Positions 10,598 to 19,931 of a DNA stretch of 61,994 nt are shown piece by piece. A program made the position numbers and the translations under genes. The stretch is from IMG/VR virus record IMGVR_UViG_3300012930_000013, positions 1 through 61,994 of that record; one strand, 5' to 3'. The notes beneath the pieces are model-generated. The model had not been told where the DNA came from. It saw only the letters and a program-made list of their open reading frames with translations, and made no database searches. Source of the DNA: a virus. Its lineage: Duplodnaviria; Caudoviricetes. The stretch's first letter is position 1, and every line of letters begins with the position of its first letter.

Positions 10598-10600
10598 CCG

Positions 10601-10810
10601 ATGAGCAACCTGTCAAGCACGCTCGCGCTCGACCTCGGTGGAACCACCAGCGACAACTACAAGGCGAAGCTCATGCGGCGTATGATGCCACCTCCATATA
10701 ACAGTGACTTCACGTCTGTCGTAGGTCGCATACTCACCGTGATCGGTCAGAGCGACAACCTGATCGGCGGCCTGTTCGGCGCCGCCGACTTCCTGCCGGA
10801 CGGTGTGTAG
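10601..10810 (+). CDS. Small baseplate-associated protein (resembles the N-terminal part of a wedge protein)
   Basis: ATG just after tailspike stop; MMPPPYN...RILTVIGQSD segment; ends 2 nt before the next wedge gene. Confidence 0.45.
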   Translation: MSNLSSTLALDLGGTTSDNYKAKLMRRMMPPPYNSDFTSVVGRILTVIGQSDNLIGGLFGAADFLPDGV

Positions 10811-10812
10811 CG

Positions 10813-11841
10813 GTGGGGTCCGGCGACGCCGTCGCGAGCATGATCCAGCAGGTCCGCCAGTCGCTGCTCGTCAGCAGCGCTGCGGGTCCGGCCCTGGACG
10901 TGGTCGGCAACAACCGCGCCGTGCCACGACCTCCGAACACGAGCGACGACGAGCTCTACCGCGGCGTGATCAAGGCGATGGCGTGGTTGCCGAAGACCGT
11001 CCTGCTCTCGTACTACGCGCTGTTCTCGGCCGTGTTCGGCTCCCAGGCGCAGGTCCGCGCGACCTTCGGCCGACCATGGCGGGTCTTCGAGGTCAACCTC
11101 AACGAGGTGGTCGTGGAGCTCCCGGCGGCGCTCCTCGCGGGCAACCTCGAGACCGCCGCCTACCTGCACGGAGCGAGCGGGGTCGCCTTCGTCCCGTCGG
11201 GTCCGTCCAACACGTTCACGACCGACTTCGACCTCTCGACCGCCTCTGCGGTCTCGGTCGTCGGCCTCGCCATCCACGTCGAGACGGTGCCTGGTACGTG
11301 GACCGACTACACGGTGAGCAGCTACTCGTTCAACGCGCTCACGAGCACGGCCACCGTGCAGGTGAGCGCGTCGACGCTGCCTGCTGGCGGCGGGCGGTTC
11401 TACCTGGAGGTCCCCGGCAACGGGACCTCCAGCTACCGCGGCGACTACGTCGCCACCGGAGGAGTCAGCACGTCCTACTCGACCGCCGCCGGACCCCTCA
11501 CGAACACCTTGTCGGTGGTCGGCGACGTCACCGCCGGAGTGTTGCCGGGGTCTCCGGTCCAGGTCAGCATCAACAACGTGTTCCAGTCCCGCGTGGTCGC
11601 GTCTCTCGCGTACAGCTCGGCGACCAACGTGACCACGGTGGTGCTGACGACGACCGACGTGCTCGGCGGGCAGGTGCGGCAGGCGTTCGTCGTCGCCCAG
11701 GAGGTCGCCGACACCGCGACTACCCCGCCACACAACGACAGGATATACTTAACTGGGCAGGGTGCCTACCAGGTCGCGCAGTTCTACCTGGACCTGCTCG
11801 TCCGCGCGGCGAACGTCCGGGTCCGCCTCGAGATCGTGTAG
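10813..11841 (+). CDS. Baseplate wedge protein (gpI-like)
   Basis: AAGPALDVVGNNRAVPRP...DDELYRGVIKA...PKT motif; C-terminal LDLLVRAANVRVRLEIV. Confidence 0.6.
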   Translation: MGSGDAVASMIQQVRQSLLVSSAAGPALDVVGNNRAVPRPPNTSDDELYRGVIKAMAWLPKTVLLSYYALFSAVFGSQAQVRATFGRPWRVFEVNLNEVVVELPAALLAGNLETAAYLHGASGVAFVPSGPSNTFTTDFDLSTASAVSVVGLAIHVETVPGTWTDYTVSSYSFNALTSTATVQVSASTLPAGGGRFYLEVPGNGTSSYRGDYVATGGVSTSYSTAAGPLTNTLSVVGDVTAGVLPGSPVQVSINNVFQSRVVASLAYSSATNVTTVVLTTTDVLGGQVRQAFVVAQEVADTATTPPHNDRIYLTGQGAYQVAQFYLDLLVRAANVRVRLEIV

Positions 11842-11850
11842 GAGGGTCGA

Positions 11851-13902
11851 ATGTCTGCAGGCGATGTCCTCAACGCAAAACGAGTCCGCACGCAGTCCAA
11901 CGAGCGGCTGGACACCGTAGACGCCGACGCGCTGTCTCGCGAGCCCCGGGAGCACCTGGACGCCTTCTCGCGGGCGATCGAGGCGGCCCCGCGCAACGTC
12001 GGGGCCTCGACCCCGACCGGGCTCATCTTCCAGGGGTTCGGCCTGACGCTGAACCCGACCGGGCCGACGGACGGCAAGGTGCGCGTGCAGTCCCCGCTCG
12101 GGGTCGCCTACGACTCGGACGGCCGGCTGCTGATCAAGGAGAACGGGGTCCAGTCGGATCTGGTGGTCCCGTCCGGCAACTCGCAGGTCTACGCGTACTT
12201 CTTCGAGAGCGCGTCCGACACCACCGTGCGGAGGTTCATCCCGGTCACGTCGCCGTTCACCCCTGAGGGCAGTAACACGATCCCGACGAAGCTCACCGGA
12301 GGGGTCGCCTACTACGTCCGCACCGGAGACCAGACCTCGATCGTGGCGAGCGACGTGGTCAACGGCGCGACGACTGCGCTCTGCTTCCTCGGCGTCGCCA
12401 ACAACGTCGCCGGCGCAGTCACGATGACCGGGTACAACTCGACCACCGCGCCGAACGGCGCGTTCGTCACCAACCGCCACGTCGCCGTGACGGTGCCGAC
12501 CACGCTGCCGACGACGAACACGATGAACGGGTCCGTCGCGACGATGCACGGCCTGACCATCGCGGCGCTCTACATGATCGGTCAGGCGCTGTGGAAGGGG
12601 TCGCACAACACCACTCCGACCGCGGCCAACAACTTCTTGGCCTTCACTCCTCCTGCGCGCGGCCTCGACGCGTTGTTTGACTCGACCGGAGAGTCGACCG
12701 TGACGCCGACCACGGCGTGGCGCGACTGGGCGCAGAACCGGAGGTTCGAGGTCGACCACAACGGCTACCCGATGGGGCAGCTCTCTGTCATCGACGAGAA
12801 CTGGGCGCGCGGCGGGACGCAGGCGATCGTCGTGACGCCTGCGTCGGCGGGGAAAGACGGGGTGGGCGGCGCCGTGAGCACGGTCTCCGGTCTGCGCGGG
12901 TTCGTCTTCACCGCCGGAGTCGCCGGATCCGCGTCGGTCATGCTCCCGGTACCACCTAACAGGTCGCTCCAGGTGAACGCCGCGGCGTTCACCTGGGTCA
13001 AGACGACCGCTGCCAACGTCGTCGCCGGGACGTTGTTCGTTAACGGCTCTAGCAGGAGCACGATCACACCGCCGGGCACCGGGACCGGTACCGTGACCGT
13101 GTCGTTTCCGTCGGCCGACTTCCCGATCGAGGCCAGGACAGTGTCCCCATTTGGTGGCGGTCTGGACGGTGTCACGACGGCCACGCTGTCGATGCTGGTC
13201 TCCGGTACAGTGGCGACCACGAACGAGGAGCTCACGTCGTGCTCCTTGCAGTGCGTTGTGGACCCAGAGGGTTGGATGTGGCAGACCACCAACGGCTCCA
13301 CCTCTGGTGGGTGCACGCACCAGTACAGGGACCCGGACACCAACCTCAACCACCGCGCGCTGCAGATGGTTGGTGTCGGCACTGGGTCCCAGACCGGGCA
13401 GATGACGACTGAGGCATACGAGTGCTTCATGGACGCCAACGTCGCCTATGCGCAAGAGTGGATGTTGCGGACAGGTACGATCACGGACGGTAATAACAAG
13501 CGCTGGTTCTGGGTCGGGGTCCAGAACAACAGCGCAGGGTCGATGAACAAGTTCGTCACGATCTACAACGACTCGACGCTCGCAAACTGGCAGCTGCAGG
13601 TGATCGGGACGACGACGGTGAACACAGACACAGGGGTCGCCATCGCTGCCAACACGGTATATAGGATGAGGCTAGAGATCCTCGGAGCGAACGTCTCGAC
13701 CGCCGGAGCTGGTAGTTTTCGCATCCGCGCCTACATCAACGGTAATAAGGTCGCTGAGGTCGTCACCGCGACGCTGCCGACTGCTGACATGATCCGCCCT
13801 TTCATCCTGTGTGGGACCACTGCTACAGGAGGGCCATATGACTTCTCGGTCGGGCGACTCCGGCGTGCGTGGAACCACGTCGTCAGCGGTGATAACCTGT
13901 AA
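11851..13902 (+). CDS. Tail fibre / baseplate-attached virion protein
   Basis: GGAGG RBS; follows wedge gene; Thr/Gly-rich beta composition; lower-GC C-terminal third. Confidence 0.55.
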   Translation: MSAGDVLNAKRVRTQSNERLDTVDADALSREPREHLDAFSRAIEAAPRNVGASTPTGLIFQGFGLTLNPTGPTDGKVRVQSPLGVAYDSDGRLLIKENGVQSDLVVPSGNSQVYAYFFESASDTTVRRFIPVTSPFTPEGSNTIPTKLTGGVAYYVRTGDQTSIVASDVVNGATTALCFLGVANNVAGAVTMTGYNSTTAPNGAFVTNRHVAVTVPTTLPTTNTMNGSVATMHGLTIAALYMIGQALWKGSHNTTPTAANNFLAFTPPARGLDALFDSTGESTVTPTTAWRDWAQNRRFEVDHNGYPMGQLSVIDENWARGGTQAIVVTPASAGKDGVGGAVSTVSGLRGFVFTAGVAGSASVMLPVPPNRSLQVNAAAFTWVKTTAANVVAGTLFVNGSSRSTITPPGTGTGTVTVSFPSADFPIEARTVSPFGGGLDGVTTATLSMLVSGTVATTNEELTSCSLQCVVDPEGWMWQTTNGSTSGGCTHQYRDPDTNLNHRALQMVGVGTGSQTGQMTTEAYECFMDANVAYAQEWMLRTGTITDGNNKRWFWVGVQNNSAGSMNKFVTIYNDSTLANWQLQVIGTTTVNTDTGVAIAANTVYRMRLEILGANVSTAGAGSFRIRAYINGNKVAEVVTATLPTADMIRPFILCGTTATGGPYDFSVGRLRRAWNHVVSGDNL

Positions 13903-13914
13903 TATGAGGTCCAC

Positions 13915-14265
13915 ATGAACGCAGTGCGAGGTACACCAGTCAGCATCAACGGTCGGACCGGAACCGCTCCGGGTCCAGCCACCACCACGGCCGTGCGGGT
14001 GTCGATGCCGGTCCCAGCAGGTCGGCAGAAGTTGTCCAACCTGACGGGGAACCAGGTGATCGCGCCGTCCACGACGTTCGCCCGCTACCTGCGGGTCCGC
14101 AACCTCGACGCCACCAACAACCTCCTCGTGAGCTTTCTGGACGGGGGCCAGGTTACGGTCCTGAAGGCGAGCGAGGAGGAGTTCAGCGGAAACATCCCGT
14201 GGATCGTGGTGCAGGCGTCGGCTTCCACGGTGCAGTGGGAGGGGTTCGCGATCGTCGCGTCGTAG
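13915..14265 (+). CDS. Hypothetical virion protein
   Basis: GAGG RBS; beta-sandwich-like YLRVRNLDATNNLLVSF. Confidence 0.5.
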   Translation: MNAVRGTPVSINGRTGTAPGPATTTAVRVSMPVPAGRQKLSNLTGNQVIAPSTTFARYLRVRNLDATNNLLVSFLDGGQVTVLKASEEEFSGNIPWIVVQASASTVQWEGFAIVAS

Positions 14266-14373
14266 AGGTGCCGCGATCACGGTACTGGTCAAATCGTCGG
14301 CTCGGTGGTACCGATGTGCATGAGGGGTGGGGTTACTCCTTCACACAGCGGGTGACGCTGCGAGGTGGGTCAA

Positions 14374-14880
14374 ATGGCGACGAAGCCGACGATGACTGTG
14401 CCCGAGCTCGTCGACGAGAAGGCAGAGAAGAGCGGGAGGACCGGGCGGTCGTGCCTGCCGGGTCGCGTCGCGCTCGCCAAGGTCGACCAGCTCGTCAGCC
14501 GCTTCGAGGAGCACCTCCGGGCGGACAACGAGCAGCTGACCCAGATCCGCGACGACATCGGCGACATCAGGAGCGAGGACGTCAGCGGGCTCAGGGGTGA
14601 GATCCGCCGGATCGACGACCGGGTCTCCGACCTGCGCGTCGACATGGCCAAGGCGCTCTCCGGCCTGAACAGCATCAGGACCGCGCTCGACGGGCAGGAA
14701 GCCATCAAGCACGTCACGATGGTCGCTCAGGTTGAGACCGGGACCGCGCGGACGCTCGCCGCGATCAGCGACGAGAGCGACAAGAAGAAGTCCCGCCGAC
14801 AGGTCTCCACGACCGCCTTCAAGGTCGTCATCGGCCTGCTCGGCGGCGCGCTCGGCATGATCATCGAGCACTACCGCTGA
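14374..14880 (+). CDS. Coiled-coil protein with C-terminal transmembrane helix (holin/XhlA-like candidate)
   Basis: GAGGTG RBS; heptad-like middle; C-terminal AFKVVIGLLGGALGMII hydrophobic segment. Confidence 0.45.
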   Translation: MATKPTMTVPELVDEKAEKSGRTGRSCLPGRVALAKVDQLVSRFEEHLRADNEQLTQIRDDIGDIRSEDVSGLRGEIRRIDDRVSDLRVDMAKALSGLNSIRTALDGQEAIKHVTMVAQVETGTARTLAAISDESDKKKSRRQVSTTAFKVVIGLLGGALGMIIEHYR

Positions 14881-14911
14881 CCCGACTTGGTGTACCATCC
14901 CGGGTAGTCAA

Positions 14912-15799
14912 GTGAGCTACCCAGGCGTCCGACGCCTTCCTCCGAACGACTGGCAGTTCCAGATCTCGTCGATCGCGGACGGGACCCGGCCGGCGGTCGG
15001 GATGGGCGCGGCCGTGACGCCGGGGAACCTCACGTACGGCACGCCGGTGCAGCTGGTCGGCTCGGCCTCGGCGACCGGGGTGCTCCTCACGACCGACTGC
15101 CTCGAGCTGACGGTCGTGGTCAACAACGTGGCGATCAACGCCACGGCTCATGACGCGTTGACCGGGCTCCTCGTCGACGACAACGGAGGCACCAGCTACC
15201 GGAGCCTGGCCGACCTCCTCTGCGGGTCGGCGTCAGGGTACGTCACCGCCAACGTCGGCATGGTCGGCGTGGTCTACACGTTCCAGATCTGGATCCGGTC
15301 CGGCGCCAGCATCGCGGTCGCCGGGATGGTCAACAGCGCCAACGTCACCGCGTTCAACGCGTTCTGCCGGGTGAAGGGGGCCCCGGTCCGGCCGTGGCGC
15401 GTCCCGTTCGTCGGGACGTTCATCGACCAGTACGGGGTCAACTTGGCGACCGCCGCGGGGACGACGGTCGTCCCCGGAGCCGCCGCGGACGGGACCCCGG
15501 TCTTGCTCGGCACGATCGCGCGCACCTGCTACGCGTGGGAGGTCGGCTACGGGATCAACAACGCGAACATGACCGGGGCGACTATCGACGTCGACGTGAT
15601 GTTCGGCAACGGCACAACCTTCAGGCAGGGTCTCGTGAACGTGCCGTTCGCGACCTCTGCGAACGAGGCGGTCAGCAAGCCCGCCGCCGCGAACACGCTC
15701 GTGACGGGCGTGGCCGGCGACAGCGTCTACGCGCGGTCGCAGAGCAGTGCCGCGGCCATCGCCGGGAACTCGGTTGCTGCCTACGGAGTCGGATCATGA
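14912..15799 (+). CDS. Hypothetical virion protein (two similar beta domains)
   Basis: Internal similarity MGAAVTPG..YGTPVQL vs AGTTVVPG..DGTPVLL; position in tail module. Confidence 0.5.
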   Translation: MSYPGVRRLPPNDWQFQISSIADGTRPAVGMGAAVTPGNLTYGTPVQLVGSASATGVLLTTDCLELTVVVNNVAINATAHDALTGLLVDDNGGTSYRSLADLLCGSASGYVTANVGMVGVVYTFQIWIRSGASIAVAGMVNSANVTAFNAFCRVKGAPVRPWRVPFVGTFIDQYGVNLATAAGTTVVPGAAADGTPVLLGTIARTCYAWEVGYGINNANMTGATIDVDVMFGNGTTFRQGLVNVPFATSANEAVSKPAAANTLVTGVAGDSVYARSQSSAAAIAGNSVAAYGVGS

Positions 15800-16662
15800 G
15801 CGTCCCGTTCACACCCATCGCCAACACCGCGACGATCAGCGGCACCGAGATCTCGCTCATCAGCGGCACCACGTCGCTCCAGACGTCGAACGTCGCGGGC
15901 AAGTTCGTGCTGGTCATCGACCTCATCACAGGTGGCATCGCGATCGGGACGAGCTACCAGGTGCGGACCGTCAGCAAGGTCAACGGCGGCGCACAGGCCG
16001 ACGTCCTCAAGGCATACCCAGGAGGACTGCAGAGCGGTTACTGGATCAGCGAGCCGATCTGGCTGTACGACGGCTGGGACATGCGCATGAAGCTGTTCGC
16101 CGGATCAGCCATCCCAGTTAGCTGGGCGATCATCGAGGACATCGGGGATGGCAACGCGCTCACCGCCGGCGCCGCCGCGATCAGCTCGATCCAGGCGGGC
16201 CTGGCTCAGTCCGCGACGGCGCTCAGCAGCGCGGTGTGGACCAACACGCTCGCCGCGATCATCAGCACGGCGCTGGACGCCACGGTCAGCTCGCGCGCGG
16301 ACAAGGCCACCGACGTCGCCACCATCGAGGCGTCCCTCACGAACATCCAGTCCCGGATCCCGACGGCTCTCGACGGTTCCGGCAACATCAAGGCGGGCGT
16401 GCAGTCGCTGGTGACCGATGCGATCACGTCGATCGCCGACGCGGTGATGAACTACGCCACCGAGTCCGGCTGGGTCAACGCGGCGACGTTCATCACGATG
16501 TTTCGCTCCGCGTTCAGCATCATCGCCGGCAAGGCGAGCGGCCTGGCCATCACGACGGCCACCACCGAGCACTTCAGAAACGCGGCCGACACCAAGGACC
16601 GCGCCGTGTTCACGGTCGCCACCGACGGCACGAGGACCCCGACCACGATGGATGGTACCTGA
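15796..16662 (+). CDS. Hypothetical tail protein
   Basis: ATGA coupling; C-terminal FRNAADTKDRAVFTVATDGTRT motif of the kind seen in phage tail proteins. Confidence 0.5.
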   Translation: MSVPFTPIANTATISGTEISLISGTTSLQTSNVAGKFVLVIDLITGGIAIGTSYQVRTVSKVNGGAQADVLKAYPGGLQSGYWISEPIWLYDGWDMRMKLFAGSAIPVSWAIIEDIGDGNALTAGAAAISSIQAGLAQSATALSSAVWTNTLAAIISTALDATVSSRADKATDVATIEASLTNIQSRIPTALDGSGNIKAGVQSLVTDAITSIADAVMNYATESGWVNAATFITMFRSAFSIIAGKASGLAITTATTEHFRNAADTKDRAVFTVATDGTRTPTTMDGT

Positions 16663-16868
16663 TGCACCTCGGTCAGCATCACGGCCAGCACCTCGGCCAG
16701 CACCTCGGAGGGCTCGGCAGCACCGTCGTCGTCTCTAGCCTCTTGGTCGAGCTGTCCGCCGCGGTGGTCGAGGCCGACGTCCTCCTCGCGGACGTGGAGG
16801 TCGCCGACGAGCTGTCCGCCGCGGTGGTCGAGGCCGACGTCCTCCTCGCGGACGTGGAGGTCGCGTGA
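16662..16868 (+). CDS. Small protein with HxGQ repeats and a duplicated ~20-aa segment
   Basis: TGATG coupling; MHLGQHHGQHLGQHLGG...ELSAAVVEADVLLADVEVA twice. Confidence 0.45.
   Translation: MHLGQHHGQHLGQHLGGLGSTVVVSSLLVELSAAVVEADVLLADVEVADELSAAVVEADVLLADVEVA
16748..16864 (+). repeat. Tandem direct repeat, 57 identical bp at 60-bp period
   Basis: cgagctgtccgccgcggtggtcgaggccgacgtcctcctcgcggacgtggaggtcgc at 16748 and 16808. Confidence 0.9.
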
Positions 16869-17284
16869 GCTGCGCCAGCCCGAGCATCGCGCTGCCGCCG
16901 CTTCGCGTGACCCGCGGGGCGAGCAGGGCGTGGTTGTTCACGGTCAACCTGGTCGCTACCGGCGCCCCGCAGGACCTCACCGGGGCCCTCGTGTGGTTCA
17001 CGGTGAAGGGTCGGCTCGAGGACGTCGCCGCCGCGATCACCAAGGCGAACTCGGCCGCGGGCGGGGTCGACAACCAGGTCCTCATCATCACCCCGCAGAC
17101 CGGGATCTCAGTCGGGGCGTTCAAGGTGTTCCTCACCCCGGCCGACACCTCCCCGCTCAGCCCGAGGACGTACTGGTGCGACGCGTTCGTGCAGCTGCCC
17201 GGCAGCGCGCCGATCAACCGCCAGCAGGTGATGGCGAACAGGCAGCTGGTCGTCGACCCGGCGGTCACCACCGTGTTCACGTAG
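16865..17284 (+). CDS. BppU-like/Ig-like virion protein
   Basis: RGASRAWLFTV...QDLTGALVWFTVK...LTPADT...YWCD pattern resembling BppU N-terminal-like domains. Confidence 0.5.
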   Translation: MSCASPSIALPPLRVTRGASRAWLFTVNLVATGAPQDLTGALVWFTVKGRLEDVAAAITKANSAAGGVDNQVLIITPQTGISVGAFKVFLTPADTSPLSPRTYWCDAFVQLPGSAPINRQQVMANRQLVVDPAVTTVFT

Positions 17285-17294
17285 GAGGACCTCG

Positions 17295-17744
17295 ATGACG
17301 ACCTCAGGCACCGCCCAGCTCTCCGGCCGGTTCAAGTACTCCCCTCCGGCCAGCAGCGTCGACAGCTCGTCGAACCCGACGTGGCTGTCGGACGTGATCG
17401 AGAGCATGGCGTGCTCGGGTCGCAAGGAGGAGGAGTACACGCTGATCGCGGACGGAGACGTCGCGGTCAGCTTCGGCTCGCTGTCGTCGGCGAGCCTGGT
17501 CATCATCAAGGTGGTCCCGAACCTCGGGATCCCTCCGTCTCCCGGGTTCCCGAACGGGGTGCTCGCCGCGCCGAACCCGGTCACCGTCAAGCTGACCTCC
17601 GCCGCCGGCGCAGCTGCGCCGGTCCCGGCGGACGGGTTCATGTTCCTGATCAGCGAGGACGTGCCGTTCACGGCGCTGTCGCTCTCGCGCGCGGCGGGTG
17701 TGCAGACGGTCGTGCGGGTTCAGCTGTTCTCGCTCGGGTCCTGA
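17295..17744 (+). CDS. Hypothetical virion protein
   Basis: AGGAGG RBS; last gene of the structural run. Confidence 0.5.
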   Translation: MTTSGTAQLSGRFKYSPPASSVDSSSNPTWLSDVIESMACSGRKEEEYTLIADGDVAVSFGSLSSASLVIIKVVPNLGIPPSPGFPNGVLAAPNPVTVKLTSAAGAAAPVPADGFMFLISEDVPFTALSLSRAAGVQTVVRVQLFSLGS

Positions 17745-17752
17745 CAGTTTCC

Positions 17753-17783
17753 GTTGACGATGTCAACTGGAAATTGCTAGGGT
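17753..17783 (+). promoter_or_regulatory. Palindromic operator GTTGACGATGTCAAC over -35 (TTGACG) with -10 TAGGGT
   Basis: Intergenic; one of seven copies of GTTGAC-N3-GTCA(A/T/C)C; precedes the helicase gene. Confidence 0.65.
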
Positions 17784-17794
17784 GTCCTGAGCGC

Positions 17795-19396
17795 ATGAAT
17801 GAGGACCGCCGGGCTACGATCACGCTGCTGAGCAACACGCGGTGCTCGGTCTCGTTCCGGCACCCCGGGCTCTCCGGCAAGGCTCGGGAGAAGGCGCGCA
17901 AGCGCGTCGTCGGCCTCCTGGACGACGCCCTCGCCATCGAGCAGAAGGGATCGCACTTCATGGCGACCGTCCAGGCAGGGCGGTGGGACGGTCGCCGGCA
18001 CATGTTCCTGAAGGAGGGCTGCACCTTCCCGAAGGGGCTGGTGCCGCGCGTAAAGGACCTGCTGCGCGAGGCGGGCTACCGGGTGATGAAGACCAGAGAC
18101 CGGCGGGCCACCGATCGCCGCGGCGCCGGCGAGGTGGAGGTGTCGGACGACATGCTCGCCGGGATCACGCTGCGCCCCGACCAGCTCGACGTAGTCGTGG
18201 CTGCGCTGGAGAGCGGGTGCGGCCTCCTGCACGTCGCCACCGGAGGAGGCAAGACAGCCATCGCCGCCGCCCTCATCAAGGCGCTGCGGGGCATGCGGTG
18301 CCTGTTCATCGTCCACACCAAGCAGCTGCTGAGGCAGGGGCGCGAGCAGCTGGCGAGGTTCTTGGGGACGATCGAGGAGCACGTCGGCGTCATCGGTGAC
18401 GGCCGGTTCGACCCGAAACACGTTACGGTCGCGACCATGCAGAGCCTCACTCGGGCACGAGGTGACGCTCAGAAGCGCGTCATCGCGAAGTACCTCAAGA
18501 CGGTCGTCTTGCTGTTCTTGGACGAGACCCACCACGCGTCCGCGAAGTCGTTCTACCGGCTCGTGCAGCGCGTCGACGCGCCGTTCCGGTTCGGCCTGTC
18601 CGGCACGCCGTTCGGCCTCGCGGACGGCAAGGGCCTCATGGTCGAGGCCGCCTTCGGCCCGGTGGTCGCGCGCGTGACCAACGCCGAGCTGATCGACCTC
18701 GGCGTCAACGCCCGACCGACCATCCGCATGCTCGAGGTCACCGAGCCGAAGCTCGAGGACGGGCTGTCTTGGCAGGACGTGTACAAGAGCGGGGTCGTGC
18801 TGAACGACGCCAGGAACGCGATGGTCGCCCGCGAGGTCACGGCGTTCGCGCGCAAGAAGTGGCCGACGCTCGTCCTCGTCCGCGAGCTCTGGCACGGCGA
18901 CCGCATCGCCGAGCTCCTGCACGAGGAGATGGTCCCGCACGCGTTCGTCCACGGGCAGATGCCGACCGACGAGGTCGAGCGCCAGAAGGACCGGCTGGTC
19001 GAGGGCAAGATCCTGGTGCTGATCGCGTCGCCGATCTTCGGCGAGGGTGTGGACATCCCGTCTGCACCTGGCTTCCCCGGCATCAAGGCGCTCGTCATCG
19101 CGGACGGCGGGCAGTCGGTCGCGAACGTCTTGCAGAAGCTAGGTCGGAGCTTGCGAAAGAAGCAGGGAGACAACCGGGTCGAGGTGGTCGACTTCGCCGA
19201 CCTGACCCACAAGTGGCTTGCAGTTCATAGTCAAAATAGGCTACAGCTGTACGAAGATGAAGGTTTCAAGGTCATCACTGCCGATTCCGGGAAAGAAGAC
19301 GCCGGTATTCGCTCCAAGAACGTGCGTGACTTGTCTCCAAAGGTTCGCTCCAAACTCGGGACCGCAGAAATTTTGCGTAGATTGTCGCAAGATTGA
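17795..19396 (+). CDS. Superfamily 2 DNA helicase (UvsW/ResIII-like)
   Basis: LRPDQ, ATGGGKT (Walker A), LDETHH (Walker B), LSGTP, GEGVDIP, QKLGRSLR. Confidence 0.85.
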   Translation: MNEDRRATITLLSNTRCSVSFRHPGLSGKAREKARKRVVGLLDDALAIEQKGSHFMATVQAGRWDGRRHMFLKEGCTFPKGLVPRVKDLLREAGYRVMKTRDRRATDRRGAGEVEVSDDMLAGITLRPDQLDVVVAALESGCGLLHVATGGGKTAIAAALIKALRGMRCLFIVHTKQLLRQGREQLARFLGTIEEHVGVIGDGRFDPKHVTVATMQSLTRARGDAQKRVIAKYLKTVVLLFLDETHHASAKSFYRLVQRVDAPFRFGLSGTPFGLADGKGLMVEAAFGPVVARVTNAELIDLGVNARPTIRMLEVTEPKLEDGLSWQDVYKSGVVLNDARNAMVAREVTAFARKKWPTLVLVRELWHGDRIAELLHEEMVPHAFVHGQMPTDEVERQKDRLVEGKILVLIASPIFGEGVDIPSAPGFPGIKALVIADGGQSVANVLQKLGRSLRKKQGDNRVEVVDFADLTHKWLAVHSQNRLQLYEDEGFKVITADSGKEDAGIRSKNVRDLSPKVRSKLGTAEILRRLSQD

Positions 19397-19931
19397 ATAT
19401 GGGTTGAAGGGACCAACGGAGTGTTTGGGGTGTGGTTTGATGATCATCGATCGCACTCATCGAGCAAGATACTGTCTTAAATGTAGAAAAGAGCGTACAC
19501 GTCAGTTGAGGAATGAATCATTCGCTCGTGCATATGCTGATCCAAAACGAAAAAAGAAGCTCAAGTATCAGAGCCGTGAATCTCAGCGTCGTTGGATCAA
19601 GGCGCCTGGTAACCGAGAAGATTTACGGGCTCGTGAGCGTGCTCGGCACTTGAATTTGAAACTAGAAGCGATCAAGCGGTTCGGAGGAAGATGCGCATGT
19701 TGCGGTGAAACGCGTTATCAGTTCTTGTCGTTTGATCATGTTGATGGCGACGGTGCACAGCATCGTCGTGAGGCGGGTGGATTTTGGCCCGCGCGTAGCA
19801 GTTCATTTCTTCGTTATCTGAAGAAAAATGACTGGAAGTCGAAGTACAGGATCCGCGTGTTGTGCATGAATTGCCACATCGCGGAAGATCTTTGGGGAGC
19901 CTGCCCACACCGGTTGGAACGCTGCGCGGCA
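19229..19931 (+). mobile_element. Low-GC HNH endonuclease insertion in the helicase 3' end
   Basis: Abrupt GC drop; bounded by AGTCAA at 19229 and 19932; helicase C-terminal peptide present on both sides. Confidence 0.7.

Noticed and set aside
10808-10812. TAG readthrough or alternative genetic code
   Set aside because: The downstream ORF is in a different frame, and long genes are intact under the standard code.
8786-13902. Diversity-generating retroelement or invertible tail-fibre cassette
   Set aside because: No reverse transcriptase or invertase, and no template/variable repeat pair seen in the window.
19229-19931. Group I intron in the helicase
   Set aside because: The insert is almost entirely ORF with no room for a ribozyme core, and it supplies its own replacement helicase C-terminus.
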